Assembly: GCA_002633005.1 (NCBI GenBank)
Contig: NMRA01000224.1
Location: forward strand, 377,072 to 441,071
Reading direction: 5' to 3'
Origin: Phoronis australis
Lineage: Eukaryota > Animalia > Phoronida
DNA: 64,000 bases
Shown: piece after piece, positions 52,252 through 64,000 of the stretch
Numbering within the stretch: the first letter of the stretch is position 1
How the letters are laid out: each line of letters begins with the position of its first letter
Made by a program: the position numbers and the translations under genes
The notes under the pieces: model-generated
The model's database searches: none
Told to the model about the DNA's origin: nothing
The model's input: only the letters and a program-made list of their open reading frames with translations

Positions 52252-52456
52252 CATGCACGCACTACACGCACCCAGCCTTCAAAATGAGGGGGCTCGCATT
52301 CGTGAGTTTGTTTGGTAACGAACAAACGGGCGGACTAAAAAAAAATGTGAATTGTCTCATTTCCTCGGACTTTTTGTATCTCAGAGGCGGACCTTTCTGC
52401 CTACTTCGCCAAGTGCGAGGGGGGGGGGGCTCCGAGCCCCCCTGGGTGCGCGCATG
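52252..52456. mobile_element. Small hAT-like MITE related to 8920-9188
   Basis: CATGCACGCAC..CCCAG / CTGGGTGCGCGCATG ends and ggggggctc subterminal motif. Confidence 0.5.
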
Positions 52457-53809
52457 CTTTGGTTTAAAACTCGTCGTCATTTGCTACCGTATCCGAAGAA
52501 GCACATCAAACAAAAATCCTGCAAAGCGTTAAGGGATACAGTCATGGAAACGAAAAACATTGCCACGAGGTGCGCCAGAGCAGTCTGCACATCAAAGTCA
52601 GCCGCGGTCCTCCCATCTGTCAATTGCCATAGTGATCCTTGAGCAGTTTGGCGGCTAGAGAGCTGGACAATAAAACGCAATCAAATTTTTAATGGCTACC
52701 TTATGCGCAGAAGACGTAAATTCCGTTAAAAAATCGGAGGTCGTCGACGTCTTCTAGATAGAAAACCATTTGCCAAATTACATGAAAATCCATCAATGAA
52801 TTCCAAAACTACGGAAACAAACGTAAAAAATCAAATTGATAAGAACGATTGAACAACAGTAGGATAATAGGGCCCTTGAACCCACACAATTTGAGCCCGA
52901 ATATCGGCACCATACCCTTCTCTAAAATATTTTAAAAATCACGCAAAGTTCCCCTCATAATGTAAAAAAATCGTCCCTGAATGATCAAAAATTCCCCTCG
53001 TAGTTTTAGCCTCAGATAACCTAAAAATATCATATTCAAACCCACTAACTTTAGTCACGAGGCCGCCAGACACCGGAAACGTCACAGACTGGTTTACTTA
53101 TAAAGCAAGTGTCGCATACAGGAGTGCTATAACCAGCTATGCGTTTCTTCACTTTTGATTATTGAAAGCACAAAACGTAAAGAACACCTATGTGTGTCTT
53201 CGGCTAAAAATTACCCACAAATAAGTTCTACAAGAGGAGAATTGCGAAAAGTAAAGCGGCGGAGTATAGAAACACACAAGAAGGTCTCCCTCATTGATGA
53301 ACTTGCTGTGCACTCCTCTCAGGAGCATTCTCCACATTTGAGCAGCTAACTAATTCATTGTACAGTGGTCAACAACACTGTCAGCTAAGAACAGCTCAGC
53401 ATTGCTCTTCTTCTCTATTCACTGAGGTGGAGGGAGTACTGAATGGCTATATTTGAGGATGTGTGACACCAGACACTGTTGTGAGAAAAGCATTCACCGG
53501 TTCAGCTAAAACCCTTATTGTGCCAACATTGAGTGGCGGGGCTCTGTGGTACAATATGGGGGCCTATTCCTTGCAAACATTACTTCAATCAGTAGTTACT
53601 TTAGATTTTTTTTCCCTAATGTGAGTTTTCTAACAACTTCATTGCTATGTTCTTGTGCAAAAAATGAACAATTGTCATCGTGGTACATTCATTAGCCAAG
53701 CGATATGGGGCAACGGCAATACATGCAATGGATGGAAGACCGTCTCAGCCGTTGCTGGTTTGTACCAGTACGATACTGAGGAGTTATGAGGTAAGTCCAA
53801 TCGTGAACC

Positions 53810-54403
53810 ACACTTTTTCGGCACATTTCGACCAAACACAAAACCCACGTTACGAAGAAGAATTCGCCACGTTGTAAGTGTATTTGCTAATTTATAAATA
53901 ACGAACAAGCTGCTTCCATTTCAGGGCGTGAGACGCCAGGCCATCGACCCCGGCCCAGATCGAGTGCTACGACACCTACCTGTAGGCTTAGACAGTGCTC
54001 ATTCCGTCATGGCAATTAGTGAATACGAGTGACTCAGGTTTACTGTGGCCTAATTATCAGTGATTATTAAGTGTCTATATTGTGGATATTGACCATTTTT
54101 TTGGTTCAGTTGGTTGTGTCTGTAGGATTTCTTATGCAAGTGGGTCGAGTTCATACGGCCTCAAAGCCGACGAAAGTTCGCTAAGTGGGAAATCGAATTC
54201 ATCGTCTGATTCTTCAAGTACTTGAGTGTGATGCCCGTATCCACTCTCTCTGTCTGAATAATGATTGCCCAGCTCTCGCTCAAAACCGTCGTCGTCTTCT
54301 GATCTGCAGTGTCCCGCCATGGCAATTGATTGTCAAGTGACCCAACGTCTTCCACCCAACACATCATTTGACTGGAAACTTTGAAATAACTATCTTTTTC
54401 TTC
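53810..54403 (-). repeat. Dispersed repeat, inverted homolog of 42376-42980
   Basis: Reverse-complement alignment visible by eye; contains ORF 54132-54320 ending LRPYELDPLA. Confidence 0.85.
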
Positions 54404-55025
54404 GAGGAATGTTTCCTCTCTTGTGAGTAAGGGCCCTGGATTGGTCCGAAACTGTTCTTAGGAAAATGTCAATCAAACCTCATTGAGTTCCTATGAGGCG
54501 TTTATTAGATAGGGCCTACAGCAATACAGCAGCGAACGTACGTGTGTCGCCCGGAAAGGGATGATGGCAATATGCACCACTATATGTATATGTGGGCGCA
54601 TAAAAAGGGCAATGACTGCATTTCACTCACTGTTCCGGCTCATCCAGTGCTGCATTCCGTAGACCCAAGACCTGATGCAAGAAATCTCCGATTATGGAAG
54701 TGAAACAGGTTCATGCAGCATGGCAACTTACTGATTGACCAATCACTTCAGTGGCCGCGATTTTTGCTACGGTAAGTCATTTTAAAAGTTCCGAGCATAC
54801 TCGCAAAACACTCGCTTTTCACTTGCACGTGGTCTTGCTCCTTCACGAGGTTCTTATGTCTACGAATATCACCCCAGGTCAACCGTCCAGAACATTTGAC
54901 GTTCTTGACGACGACGTCCGACTAACAGACCAATCAGATGTCCCAACCCGTTGACTCGGGATAGCCAGTGTAGTGAATCAAGTGCAGCATAAGTTGATAA
55001 AAGTTTAGACATTTTCCAAACCTAC

Positions 55026-55286
55026 TGGTGATTATCTTCCTTACGTCACTGTTGACAGGTTTCCACCCCTGCTGTACGGTGGTGACATAAACATCATACG
55101 TCACCCCAGAGGTCAGGTTCCTACATGTCTCCCCTGTGCGGTCCTTCAAGGAATTCAGTCTCACAGTCTGATGTTCTGACGAGCAAATCACCTCATATGC
55201 TTCGTAGTTGCCGGTAGGTGGAGTCCAAAATACTTCCACCTTAGTGTTGTGTGATCGCAGTTGTATCAGATTTGCTTTGTCTAACA
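55026..55286 (-). CDS. FN3 domain exon
   Basis: 261 nt, phase 1-1, ctatttag| ... A|GTAGGT; WTPPTGNYEAYEVIC...TCRNLTSGVTYDVYV. Confidence 0.9.
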
Positions 55287-55470
55287 CTAAATAGAATGGC
55301 ACAAGTTGAAGAAATGTGCGTATGACAGGACTCACACGCACGTCTTTACCTTAATATTCGCTTTTAACATACTTTGCATTAACCAAACATCTAAAATACC
55401 ACAAACAACAAAACGGATCGAATGCTTCTAGAACGACATAAGCACGTAACCAATGCACGCCATTGATTAC

Positions 55471-55731
55471 TAGTTTGGACATGGAATCCAGCGCTACGGC
55501 CATCATCGTGTCCCGACTTCTTGGTAAAAACGCTCAAGATATATCGCGTGCCTGCAATGAGCTGATCGCACTTCCCTGCCCCAGTTTCAACACCATCCTC
55601 ACTTCCAATTTTACCACCACTTTCGCAGCGCAGAAGATACCCTTCAAATCCACCAGAAACATTTTTCCAAGTCACGTGTATCGCGTTGCTTGTCGTAACT
55701 ATTACCGTGATATTAGTTACCACGTCTAGTT
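55471..55731 (-). CDS. FN3 domain exon
   Basis: 261 nt, phase 1-1, attacag| ... A|GTAATC; WKNVSGGFEGYLLRC...KCDQLIAGTRYILSV. Confidence 0.88.
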
Positions 55732-55754
55732 CTGTAATTCAACCGAAAGCACTC

Positions 55755-55936
55755 TTACAAGGAGGTTCATAATGATCAAGGGAATACTGTGTTACAAGGA
55801 GGTTCATAATGATCAAGGGAATACTGTGTTACAAGGAGGTTCATAGTGATCAAGGGAATATTGTGTTACAAAGAGGTCATAGTGGTCAAGGGAATACTGT
55901 GTTACAAGGAGGTTCATAATGGTCAAGGGAATACTA
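55755..55936. repeat. 37-bp tandem repeat, ~5 copies
   Basis: Unit TTACAAGGAGGTTCATAATGATCAAGGGAATACTGTG. Confidence 0.95.
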
Positions 55937-57547
55937 TCGGTACGCCGAGTTCACGCTGCCCTACGCGCTGGCCGACGTGGACTACTCCGATCGTCCACGC
56001 AGCAATCTTTTTTCACGAGAGCACAACATAATTTTGGCACACTTGCTACGGTACAATACGCAACTCTACTGAGCCTCGATGTGAAATCCTTCAGTAAAGT
56101 CAAAGCATGAAGAAAAGTGGTACGCACCGCTCAGTTCTGCTGACGACGTTTAGGATCGATTCGTGATTGTGCAGCCACACTTGTCCGCATGAAACTTAAA
56201 AGAGACCCAAACATGCCTTTTGTCCCTCCTATCTCATATTTAAGCCACCAAAATTGTGAAAACAGGAATGCGTTCGGTACACTGCGATACTATAGCTTGT
56301 ATATACGTCGAAAAAATGTTCACTTTTGGAGCTGAAACATTGAATTGAAACCCACAATCTAAGGCTATAATCTCACCGACCACAGTGGACGAATTTTGCC
56401 AGAACAGGCCAGTAAGCTGCCGGCCATATTCCCAGAGGCATTTTATTCACATTGTTACCGTTTTTGCCTTGTTTTTTATCGGTTCATTTCTGAACTGTTC
56501 CATGGTCTGCAGATTGGCTATCGGTACTGGCACTCATGACGATATTGATTTGGGTTGGGTCTGCCAAGCGTTCGTGACACGAAATGACAGAAGGTTGTTA
56601 AGTGGTAGTCTAGCTTACGAATAAGTGTAAAAACCTGGTTTAACCAGTATAGTGAAAGTACTATATGGCAGAATATGGCGTGTTTTTCAAAATAAAGTTT
56701 ATTTAGTAAAATGCATTATACGTTGTGAACACTGTTAAGTGTTTTTCTATTCCCACTTAGTATGTTGAACAATTATCGGTGGCTGAGTTTGCTCAGTTAT
56801 ATAAATTCAGTGTTTGTAATATTACATATTCAAAAATCTACCCTTTTGCTTGGACCCCCTTCGTAAAAAGCTGGATCCGCCTTTGCAATTTCACAGATAA
56901 TCTTGTCGCTCAACCGGCTCGAGCACCATTCTTTACCTCATGTAACAACAAGAAGAAGCGCACAACAACAAGATATCGCCGCCATGATGCAAATAAGTCC
57001 ATAATGCATATATGGGTTAAATAGGTTATCGTATATTCATAGGAATACTACTGCGATATCCAATCTCGAATTCATTTCATTTTGATCTCGTTGGAACACT
57101 CACTGATGAGAGGAATTCATGATAGGCTATAGGAGTAGTTTTCCTATGTATATATCTATATACAGAATTTGTTGAATACACGACACTTTTCATTTTTCAC
57201 GGTCTTTATTCCGTTGCGTTCATACTTTCTGAACAAAACTCTACTCTCTACTGAACATAGATACAGTAACTGACCTAGCGACATAATTAAAAAGACACAC
57301 GATATTTCGAAACATACTTGTTTCATTCTCAAGTGAAGATAAAATGACGCAGTAATGCCACCACAGAGTATAAGCTGACGACACACACAGTGAGACACGG
57401 CGGGTGTGAAATACTGCAAAGAATGACTAAAGAATTAGGGTAACAGGAAAGTCACGCAAACAAGTGTAACGTGCGGCGCGACCCTGTTTGCTGCTCATTC
57501 AAAATNATATTGCACAGGTCCTTTTGGATATAGAATGCGGTACGTAC

Positions 57548-57829
57548 TAGTCCTTGTCTGTGAATTTTCAAGTGTCTCGGTAACATTTGCCCATCCTTCT
57601 TTGGTTGTCGTAACAAGTACCTTGTATTGGTGACCGCGAGAAAGGTGTGGACACTTCCGCACAAAGCCTACCGCGCTTTTGTCCACTGTGCCTATAAATG
57701 TGACGCCTCCTGTAGCCCGGCATTCAAAGATCAACTTCTCCCAGTCACCATCTGGATTTTTCCATTGGAAGGTCAGCTTTGCTGGTTGAGGGACGCCTAC
57801 CATTTTTAAGTCGGTCACAGGATTCAAAT
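57548..57829 (-). CDS. FN3 domain exon
   Basis: 282 nt, phase 1-1, tttctttag| ... A|GTACGT; WKNPDGDWEKLIFEC...KCPHLSRGHQYKVLV. Confidence 0.88.
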
Positions 57830-58596
57830 CTAAAGAAACGTCGCCAGTTGTGCCAAGTTTTCATATTTCAACACCATTTCATATATAATGCAATCCTTAA
57901 CTTGAATAGAAAACTAAGCATTATGTTTCATACACTAAACGTGTTTCATGGATAGCAAACACTACAGTGATCCATTATCCACTAGCTCATCAACAGTTAA
58001 TCACGTACTCCGCTGCACATGTACAAGATTACGGCATAGCCCCACTAACAACTGGGAGGGGGGGGGGGTCATTGCGATGCGTTAGCTGAATAGCGTGTTT
58101 AGTCTTTCGAAATTCTTCATCCTAAACTTAAAAGATGTATTTAAACACAATTTAGCAAAATCTAAACGATTCATCTGCTACTTAACCGCACCAAACACAG
58201 TGTTACATTACCACGCTCACCCAAGCCTGATTTCACCGAATGAGCCCGCAACCCAAAGACACAGGTTGTCTGTATGTACGCCATTTTGGAATGTGCAAGC
58301 TTATGATTAACCAATCCAAAAATCGTGGAAGGGTTTCCTTGAATTTCTGACTGTTTTTGACATTCACCTTGGCAAAGCAAAAATATTTATCGTTATTGAT
58401 ACTTTGCGCATTTGACGTGTGTTTCCTGATCAGTGATTCTTGTTTGAAGGTATTCGATTCCAATCCCAGTGATTCGCTTTCCTCTTTGAAGCCTTACTGT
58501 GATTGCTTATGCTTTTCCCACGGTTGACTTAGACAATCACTTCGAAAACTGAATTTCAAGTATCGTTAGAGTTCACACACAACGGTGTTACTGCTA

Positions 58597-58653
58597 CACA
58601 TACATACATACATACATACATACATACATACATACATACATACATACATACAT
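58597..58653. repeat. (CATA)n microsatellite
   Basis: About 14 perfect CATA units. Confidence 0.97.
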
Positions 58654-58779
58654 GCATAGTACACGACACAATGCAGTGACACTGGTTGTTTTGGTTTCTG
58701 GTGAAACAAATTTATGTCATAATTATTTATTTACTGAAAAATGGGGGAATGCTGCCTGATCCCACTAATAGCCTTGGTG

Positions 58780-59460
58780 TAAAGTTGTATACTAAATATA
58801 CAACTTGGCACCGATTTGGGAAAACTGACCAAATAAAATGGGACACAAAATTAATGTCATTAAAAATACGCTCTCTCCTGAGTAAACTAAATTGTTTACC
58901 GGTGTTGGAAAAATTGGAGTTCTAACGTTATTCTGCTGCTAAAATTGTGGTGCGATCTTTTACGTCGAGTGTTGGAGTCATGAAATATTGCGTCACCTAT
59001 TGGGTAATTTCTTTTTCCCCATATTCTTCGATCAACTGTTCTCCTCTTCCACAAGGTTGCGTACATGTCATAAGAAATTACCGGAACTGGTTTCATTTCG
59101 TTACAAGTTTTTTGTAGTTCTTCAGTTAAAATACCAGAAAACCGAATTTCAAAACAAATTTTGCTGATGCAAAGCCGCCATTATCTACCGAGAGATGTCG
59201 CAAAATTTAGGAAATGGCGCGGGCGCGGGCACGTGTCACGAGCGTATTGTTTTCAAAACGACAACATACTTTTCTTTGTTACACAAGGCGGAGAATTACG
59301 CAAGAAAATGACGCTTATTCTAGGTTATTTGCACTTAAACGGCTGTAACGGACAAGATGTCAGATTTTGCATGCACCCCCACCTGTCTTTAGCTGTACAT
59401 GTTGTACATGTAGGTGGCGAGGAGAACTACCCGAGCCGTGAGCAATTTCGAGGTCTGTCG
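58780..59460 (+). repeat. Dispersed repeat fragment, homolog of 11530-12100
   Basis: Same ordered blocks as 11530-12100, with a ~110-bp extra segment. Confidence 0.8.
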
Positions 59461-62322
59461 GAGCTCAGCAGCCAGTGGTACCAAGCTGTATTTTGACAAT
59501 AGTCTTCATACAGCTAGCTGGCTGACTGGGTTTGCTCGAAACTGAGTGCGGGTTTCCTCAAGATTTTGCGTTACTTGTCAGGCTATAGCGACACGGGAAA
59601 TTGCACGTAGATAGTCGTCAAGCACTAACACGATGCATACTCTGCGAAGGCTAAGTGTAAAGGCGTCGAGCACTCCTGAATTTTGTAGATTTTTTACATG
59701 TAGACGCAACCATATTCTGAAACTTCTTTTGTTGCTGTTACCGAGGCCAAGCCTCACAAGGGAGACAGTTTCTTTGTGAAGTGACAGATTTTTGCTGAAT
59801 ATACGGTTGTGCCTAAATTGAGGATTGAATATTTAATGCATGCCCGCGAACGCTGTGATTTTTCAAGTGGTGAATACTTGAACAACAGTGCAAGCCACTG
59901 TGAAGGCCCTAATTAAGTTAAGTTTTCGTTTGATTGCCTTTTCTCAAATGGTAGAATTAAACATATCACACGCAGCTACACTGTGTGACTGAGGTATAGT
60001 TTACAATCCGAACTGTCTTTATAAGCTGTTTAAATGCAGTACTTAACACTTATTGTAGTCCACGGTTGCTGTGGTACATACATGTTAGCTTTCTTAGAAG
60101 CCGTCAGTGTGAAAGAAGATTGGCACACTCAACAGATTGCTGAAAATAACAACCACATCAAGATTCTACAAGACGTTTCAAGGCCAAGTAACAATAGTAT
60201 TTTATGTCATGCAAATGCTTCAGGCAGCCTGTTGTTATGGTTAACATTTTACTTAGCAACCACTGCTAAGGAGTGACAATTTGGGCAGAATTTGCAAAAC
60301 GGTATAGTTGCACGTTTGCAACTGAATGGAGCGTTTTTAAACAATACATACATTTGTGCGAAGTTGGCAGCAACGGTAATAATATTTTCAAATAACCGTT
60401 GCTAAGAAGTATGTCCGACAGTTGTTCATCCTTTGTATCAAATGATGAACGTTGACAAATGGGGCAGCTTTTCATTTGTTTACTATGCATAAATGTTCCA
60501 TGTAACCCGCAAGTATGGTTAAATGTGGCTAGCAGGTTACACGTACTTAGCAAACTCTGCTAAGGAGCAAATAAATTTTTGGCAAAATTCACTTAAAGCA
60601 GCATTCTTCCCGTTTCGCTGGCTAAAGAAATAAAAATCATTTTTTTACTTTTATCAACCCGATCTCATAAAACGGCTTTCCATGATGATATTCTGTTTAC
60701 CCGGGGTCATTTTTCAATGTTGAAAATTACCCCCAAATCACTTTTGAACTGAAAAGTGGCAATTTTAACGTTTAAACTTGACCCGACCAGTTAAATAACA
60801 ACCTTCCTCGTGTGAAAAAGTGACCACTAATTCTGACCCCTGGCTTTGACGTTTGTTGGAGCAATGAGCTAAATACATACACGCAGCTCATGGGTCGGAG
60901 GATGCTTTACAGAGGAGTCGCACTGTCACACTCAGCAGCAAAATGTTTGGGTGGCCACTCGTAGCTATACGTGTTCACAAGATTTTGAAAAGTCTTCGGA
61001 TAGGCCCTACGGGATTTGTTTCTCCTCAGCCTCTTCTTACGGGCAGTTCGTCTTCCTGTTGCTGGGTACACCTCTAAAATCAACCATCTGGATACATCTA
61101 TACAAGTTATTCCGTAATGCTAGGGACCGAAATGAATAAATTCTTCGTGCATGAATAAAAATAAAAGTAAAAGAGCAAAAATAGAGACTATTTATTGTGA
61201 CGCCTATTACTGGTGGGAATGTGAACTTTTGGAATACCCTGGGATTACTGCTGGGATGACAAAAAATTGGGACATATTAGACCCCCTGTTCGTGCAAATG
61301 GAGCTGAATAAAACCTTCTTCCAGCAATTTTTTTTGACAAAGATGCGGTCCCACGGGCATCACATAATCTGCCAGTGGATATGTGGTAACGGCTGTCGTA
61401 GAGACAAGCAGGAGTGAGTTCGCCGCGACCGCGAACAAGTTGCCGAAAGTCAGCGTCGAGTTTTCCACGAGGGATTCCATCGAGTTACGGAACCCCTCCT
61501 CGTTGGCTACGCGCCCGCGTTACTATACTTTTCTGTCTTTCGACCGAGAAGCAGATTTAGAAGAGTGAGAGCCCTAAAGTTAGGAAGCTGATGAGGCCCC
61601 TCACCATTGCCTGACCCCATCACAATCCTCAGAATCGTAACTGTCGGCGCATTTTTGTCCTCACCTTTTTACCTCCGGTCAACCCTTCTATTTATTTACT
61701 GTATTCGACGTTAGCGTCAATGCTGCGTCCCATTTCCCGGAGGATCCCCATTCACCCAACATGTGGGTCCCATTGGACGTTGTGCCCTGTACCTTAAAAT
61801 CCACTCCTGTAAAGCTTTGGCAAACTGGAAATCTATGGGACCAATTTTCATACGTAAAATTTAGTGAGGCCGGAGACTTTAGGCAATTGGAAAGTACCAC
61901 TCAGTGGGAATGCCTCGGGATTTTGGAAGAGGTGGCCCAAACTTGAGCACAATTAAAGCTTGGGCTACAAACGAAACTGTTGAGAAAATGGCCCCTACTG
62001 ACACATTCTCGACGGGGTGGCACGTTTTCAAAAGCGGCGATGGACCAAAATTTAACGTTGGAAGGTGGCCGGGGTCATTTTTCAACGTAGAAAAGTGGCC
62101 CAGGTCATTTTTTCACAGGACGGGCTCTTTCGGCAACAATTCAAGATCGTATGAGTGCGGAAATGTTTCTTAATCCCCAAAACGCTTCGGCTTAGACTTC
62201 AATATAAATCGTTGAGCAGCCGCGAAATGCCCTTTTACTACTATCACTAGACAGAGAACTCCCTCAGCCCACTGTTTCGCTTGGAGTTGCCTTTGGTGCT
62301 ATTCAATTAATAGAACACTTAC

Positions 62323-62601
62323 TAGTTCGTGTTGTATCGTCTGTGAGACTTTCTACTGCGCTTAATTGACCGAACAGTGTTGTTACATCGATATGGTATT
62401 CACTACCAGGTTTAAGCCCATTGCAGGTGTCCTCGGAAGTACATGTAGTTGCGCTCAGAGTCTGCGAACTGTAGGTCGTGGCATTGGCCTCATAGCATTT
62501 GACTTGATAACCATCTTTATTTCCCGCTGCGAGATCCCACGTTACTACAAGTGTAGTGTTTGACCTCTGAGTCACGCGTATGTTCGTCACTTTGGCTGGG
62601 G
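62323..62601 (-). CDS. FN3 domain exon (most 5' exon in the window; gene continues beyond 64000)
   Basis: 279 nt, phase 1-1, tttccaaag| ... A|GTAAGT; WDLAAGNKDGYQVKC...TCNGLKPGSEYHIDV. Confidence 0.88.
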
Positions 62602-62658
62602 CTTTGGAAACATGTTTCAAGAGTTAAAACAATCATTCAGTTTGCGCCCTTCCGTTAA

Positions 62659-63928
62659 GGATATCTCAAACCTTATTCATAAATATTGACCATTTTACAA
62701 TATTTCACATATGCCTAGCGAAATAGTTTATCATCATTCTCGGGGAACTTCAAATACGAAATTTGTACCGTCAAGCGAGAAGAAAAATTTAGCAGAACCA
62801 CCTTGGTACCACACAACTGCTTAAATATGTTTGCTACTTTTTCGCGGTTAAAGGTTACGCTCTGTCATTGAAATCGAATCTTCTGCCAGGCAAAGAGCAG
62901 CGCCATATGTGTGTCTGCATGCATACGACCATAACAAATGCTATTAGATCGCATCACGCCCTGTGTGTTCACGAACACAGCAAGTTGTGAAAACAGACAA
63001 TTCCTCACCTAAATCCCATAATTTGAGAGGTAATTTGACATTTTGCTGTCTCGATCTCAAGCTCACGACGTGCATTAAACACCGACTTGATTTCTGTTGT
63101 ATATTTCGTACTTGTGTTTCATACCAGTCCCTCGGCACGCAGTGTTTGTAACAGTGAACTGTTGGCCTACTTTGAAGTGTTTCACAATGCACCAGATTGA
63201 CCCACGTAATATGTTGGCTCAATCCGCATGACCTAGTTGGACTCGATGCATTGGAAATCGATTTCGTTGATTAATCATTTTTGTGATAATTACGTACTGA
63301 AAATTCATTTGACAATGCACGTGAAATAACGAATATGGTTGAGGCATGTATAGGTTATACTGACCGAAAACAAGTTTTCACATTAATTAACCGAAGACCT
63401 CGAGATTTTCACCTCTCATAACTTAATCGGCCTTTTCTCGGCTTCGGCAAATCGAAAACGGATCTGTGGATTTCGCTAAAACTGACCAAACTTAATATTT
63501 ATTCATCAATCTCACAAACACAGTTAAAGGTTTTAATAAAATGTCCCAGATTTTACGTAATGTAACAAATATCTTACGTTTTGCGAATTGATTTGTCATA
63601 AAAACCAAACGAACAGACTAATTGAAAATTCCTAGCAGCGGTTTTGAGGTAACTGGTGAAATTTTCATTTAAACAAGTTTTATTGAGATCAACTGAGGGG
63701 TCATTTTGCTATGAATGTACCTTTCTTAGAAATCAAAATTTGATTTAAAACGATGGTAACGTAATAATAATAACGGTGCACAAATATGAAACATATATGA
63801 CACATATTTTTATATTACCTGATCTTTTTCTGTCAGAAAATGTATACTTTTACTAGTTGACAAAGCCTAGTTTCTTGATATACGAGTTAGACTAGATCAG
63901 AGGCCACTAAATAAGGTTTGAGATAACC
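62659..63928. mobile_element. Kolobok-like non-autonomous transposon
   Basis: TTAA|GGATATCTCAAACCTTATT ... AATAAGGTTTGAGATAACC|TTAA (19-bp TIR, 1 mismatch). Confidence 0.88.
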
Positions 63929-64000
63929 TTAAGTGATCTTGTCAACTAGTTGTAAGCCTAGCATCTAGCCCAGTATACATGTATCACTGTGTGACAGAAA

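Noticed and set aside
24154-62601. Gene symbol such as PTPRB/PTPRQ/Ptp10D or tenascin/fibronectin
   Set aside because: No PTP, EGF or fibrinogen domain is visible and the 5' end is outside the window, so orthology cannot be assigned.

Overview
Eukaryotic (animal, probably marine invertebrate) genomic DNA with spliceosomal introns and many transposon remnants. Almost all ORFs in the six-frame track are spurious or are single exons. Two convergent host genes can be reconstructed by hand. (1) A plus-strand gene (non-coding exon ~8187-8266; coding exons 13323-13778, 15714-15834, 17151-17293) encodes a 239-aa secreted protein: signal peptide, acidic aromatic-rich segment, a 6-Cys mini-domain and a short tail. 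(2) The 3' part of a large minus-strand gene has ten phase-1/phase-1 exons, each encoding one fibronectin type III domain (nine with a Cys pair), then a transmembrane exon with a ~318-aa Ser/Lys/Arg-rich tail and no recognisable catalytic domain. As sequenced, this gene carries a 1-nt frameshift in one FN3 exon and an in-frame TAG at the start of the TM helix. Introns and intergenic DNA hold ISL2EU-like (THAP + YqaJ) elements including a possible composite, several TTAA/Kolobok-like elements, an 8-bp-TSD MITE, a solo LTR, L1/Tx1-like and RTE-X/CR1-like LINE fragments, a foldback element, and a ~53-copy 21-bp minisatellite. All calls are from manual reading; no database search was run.
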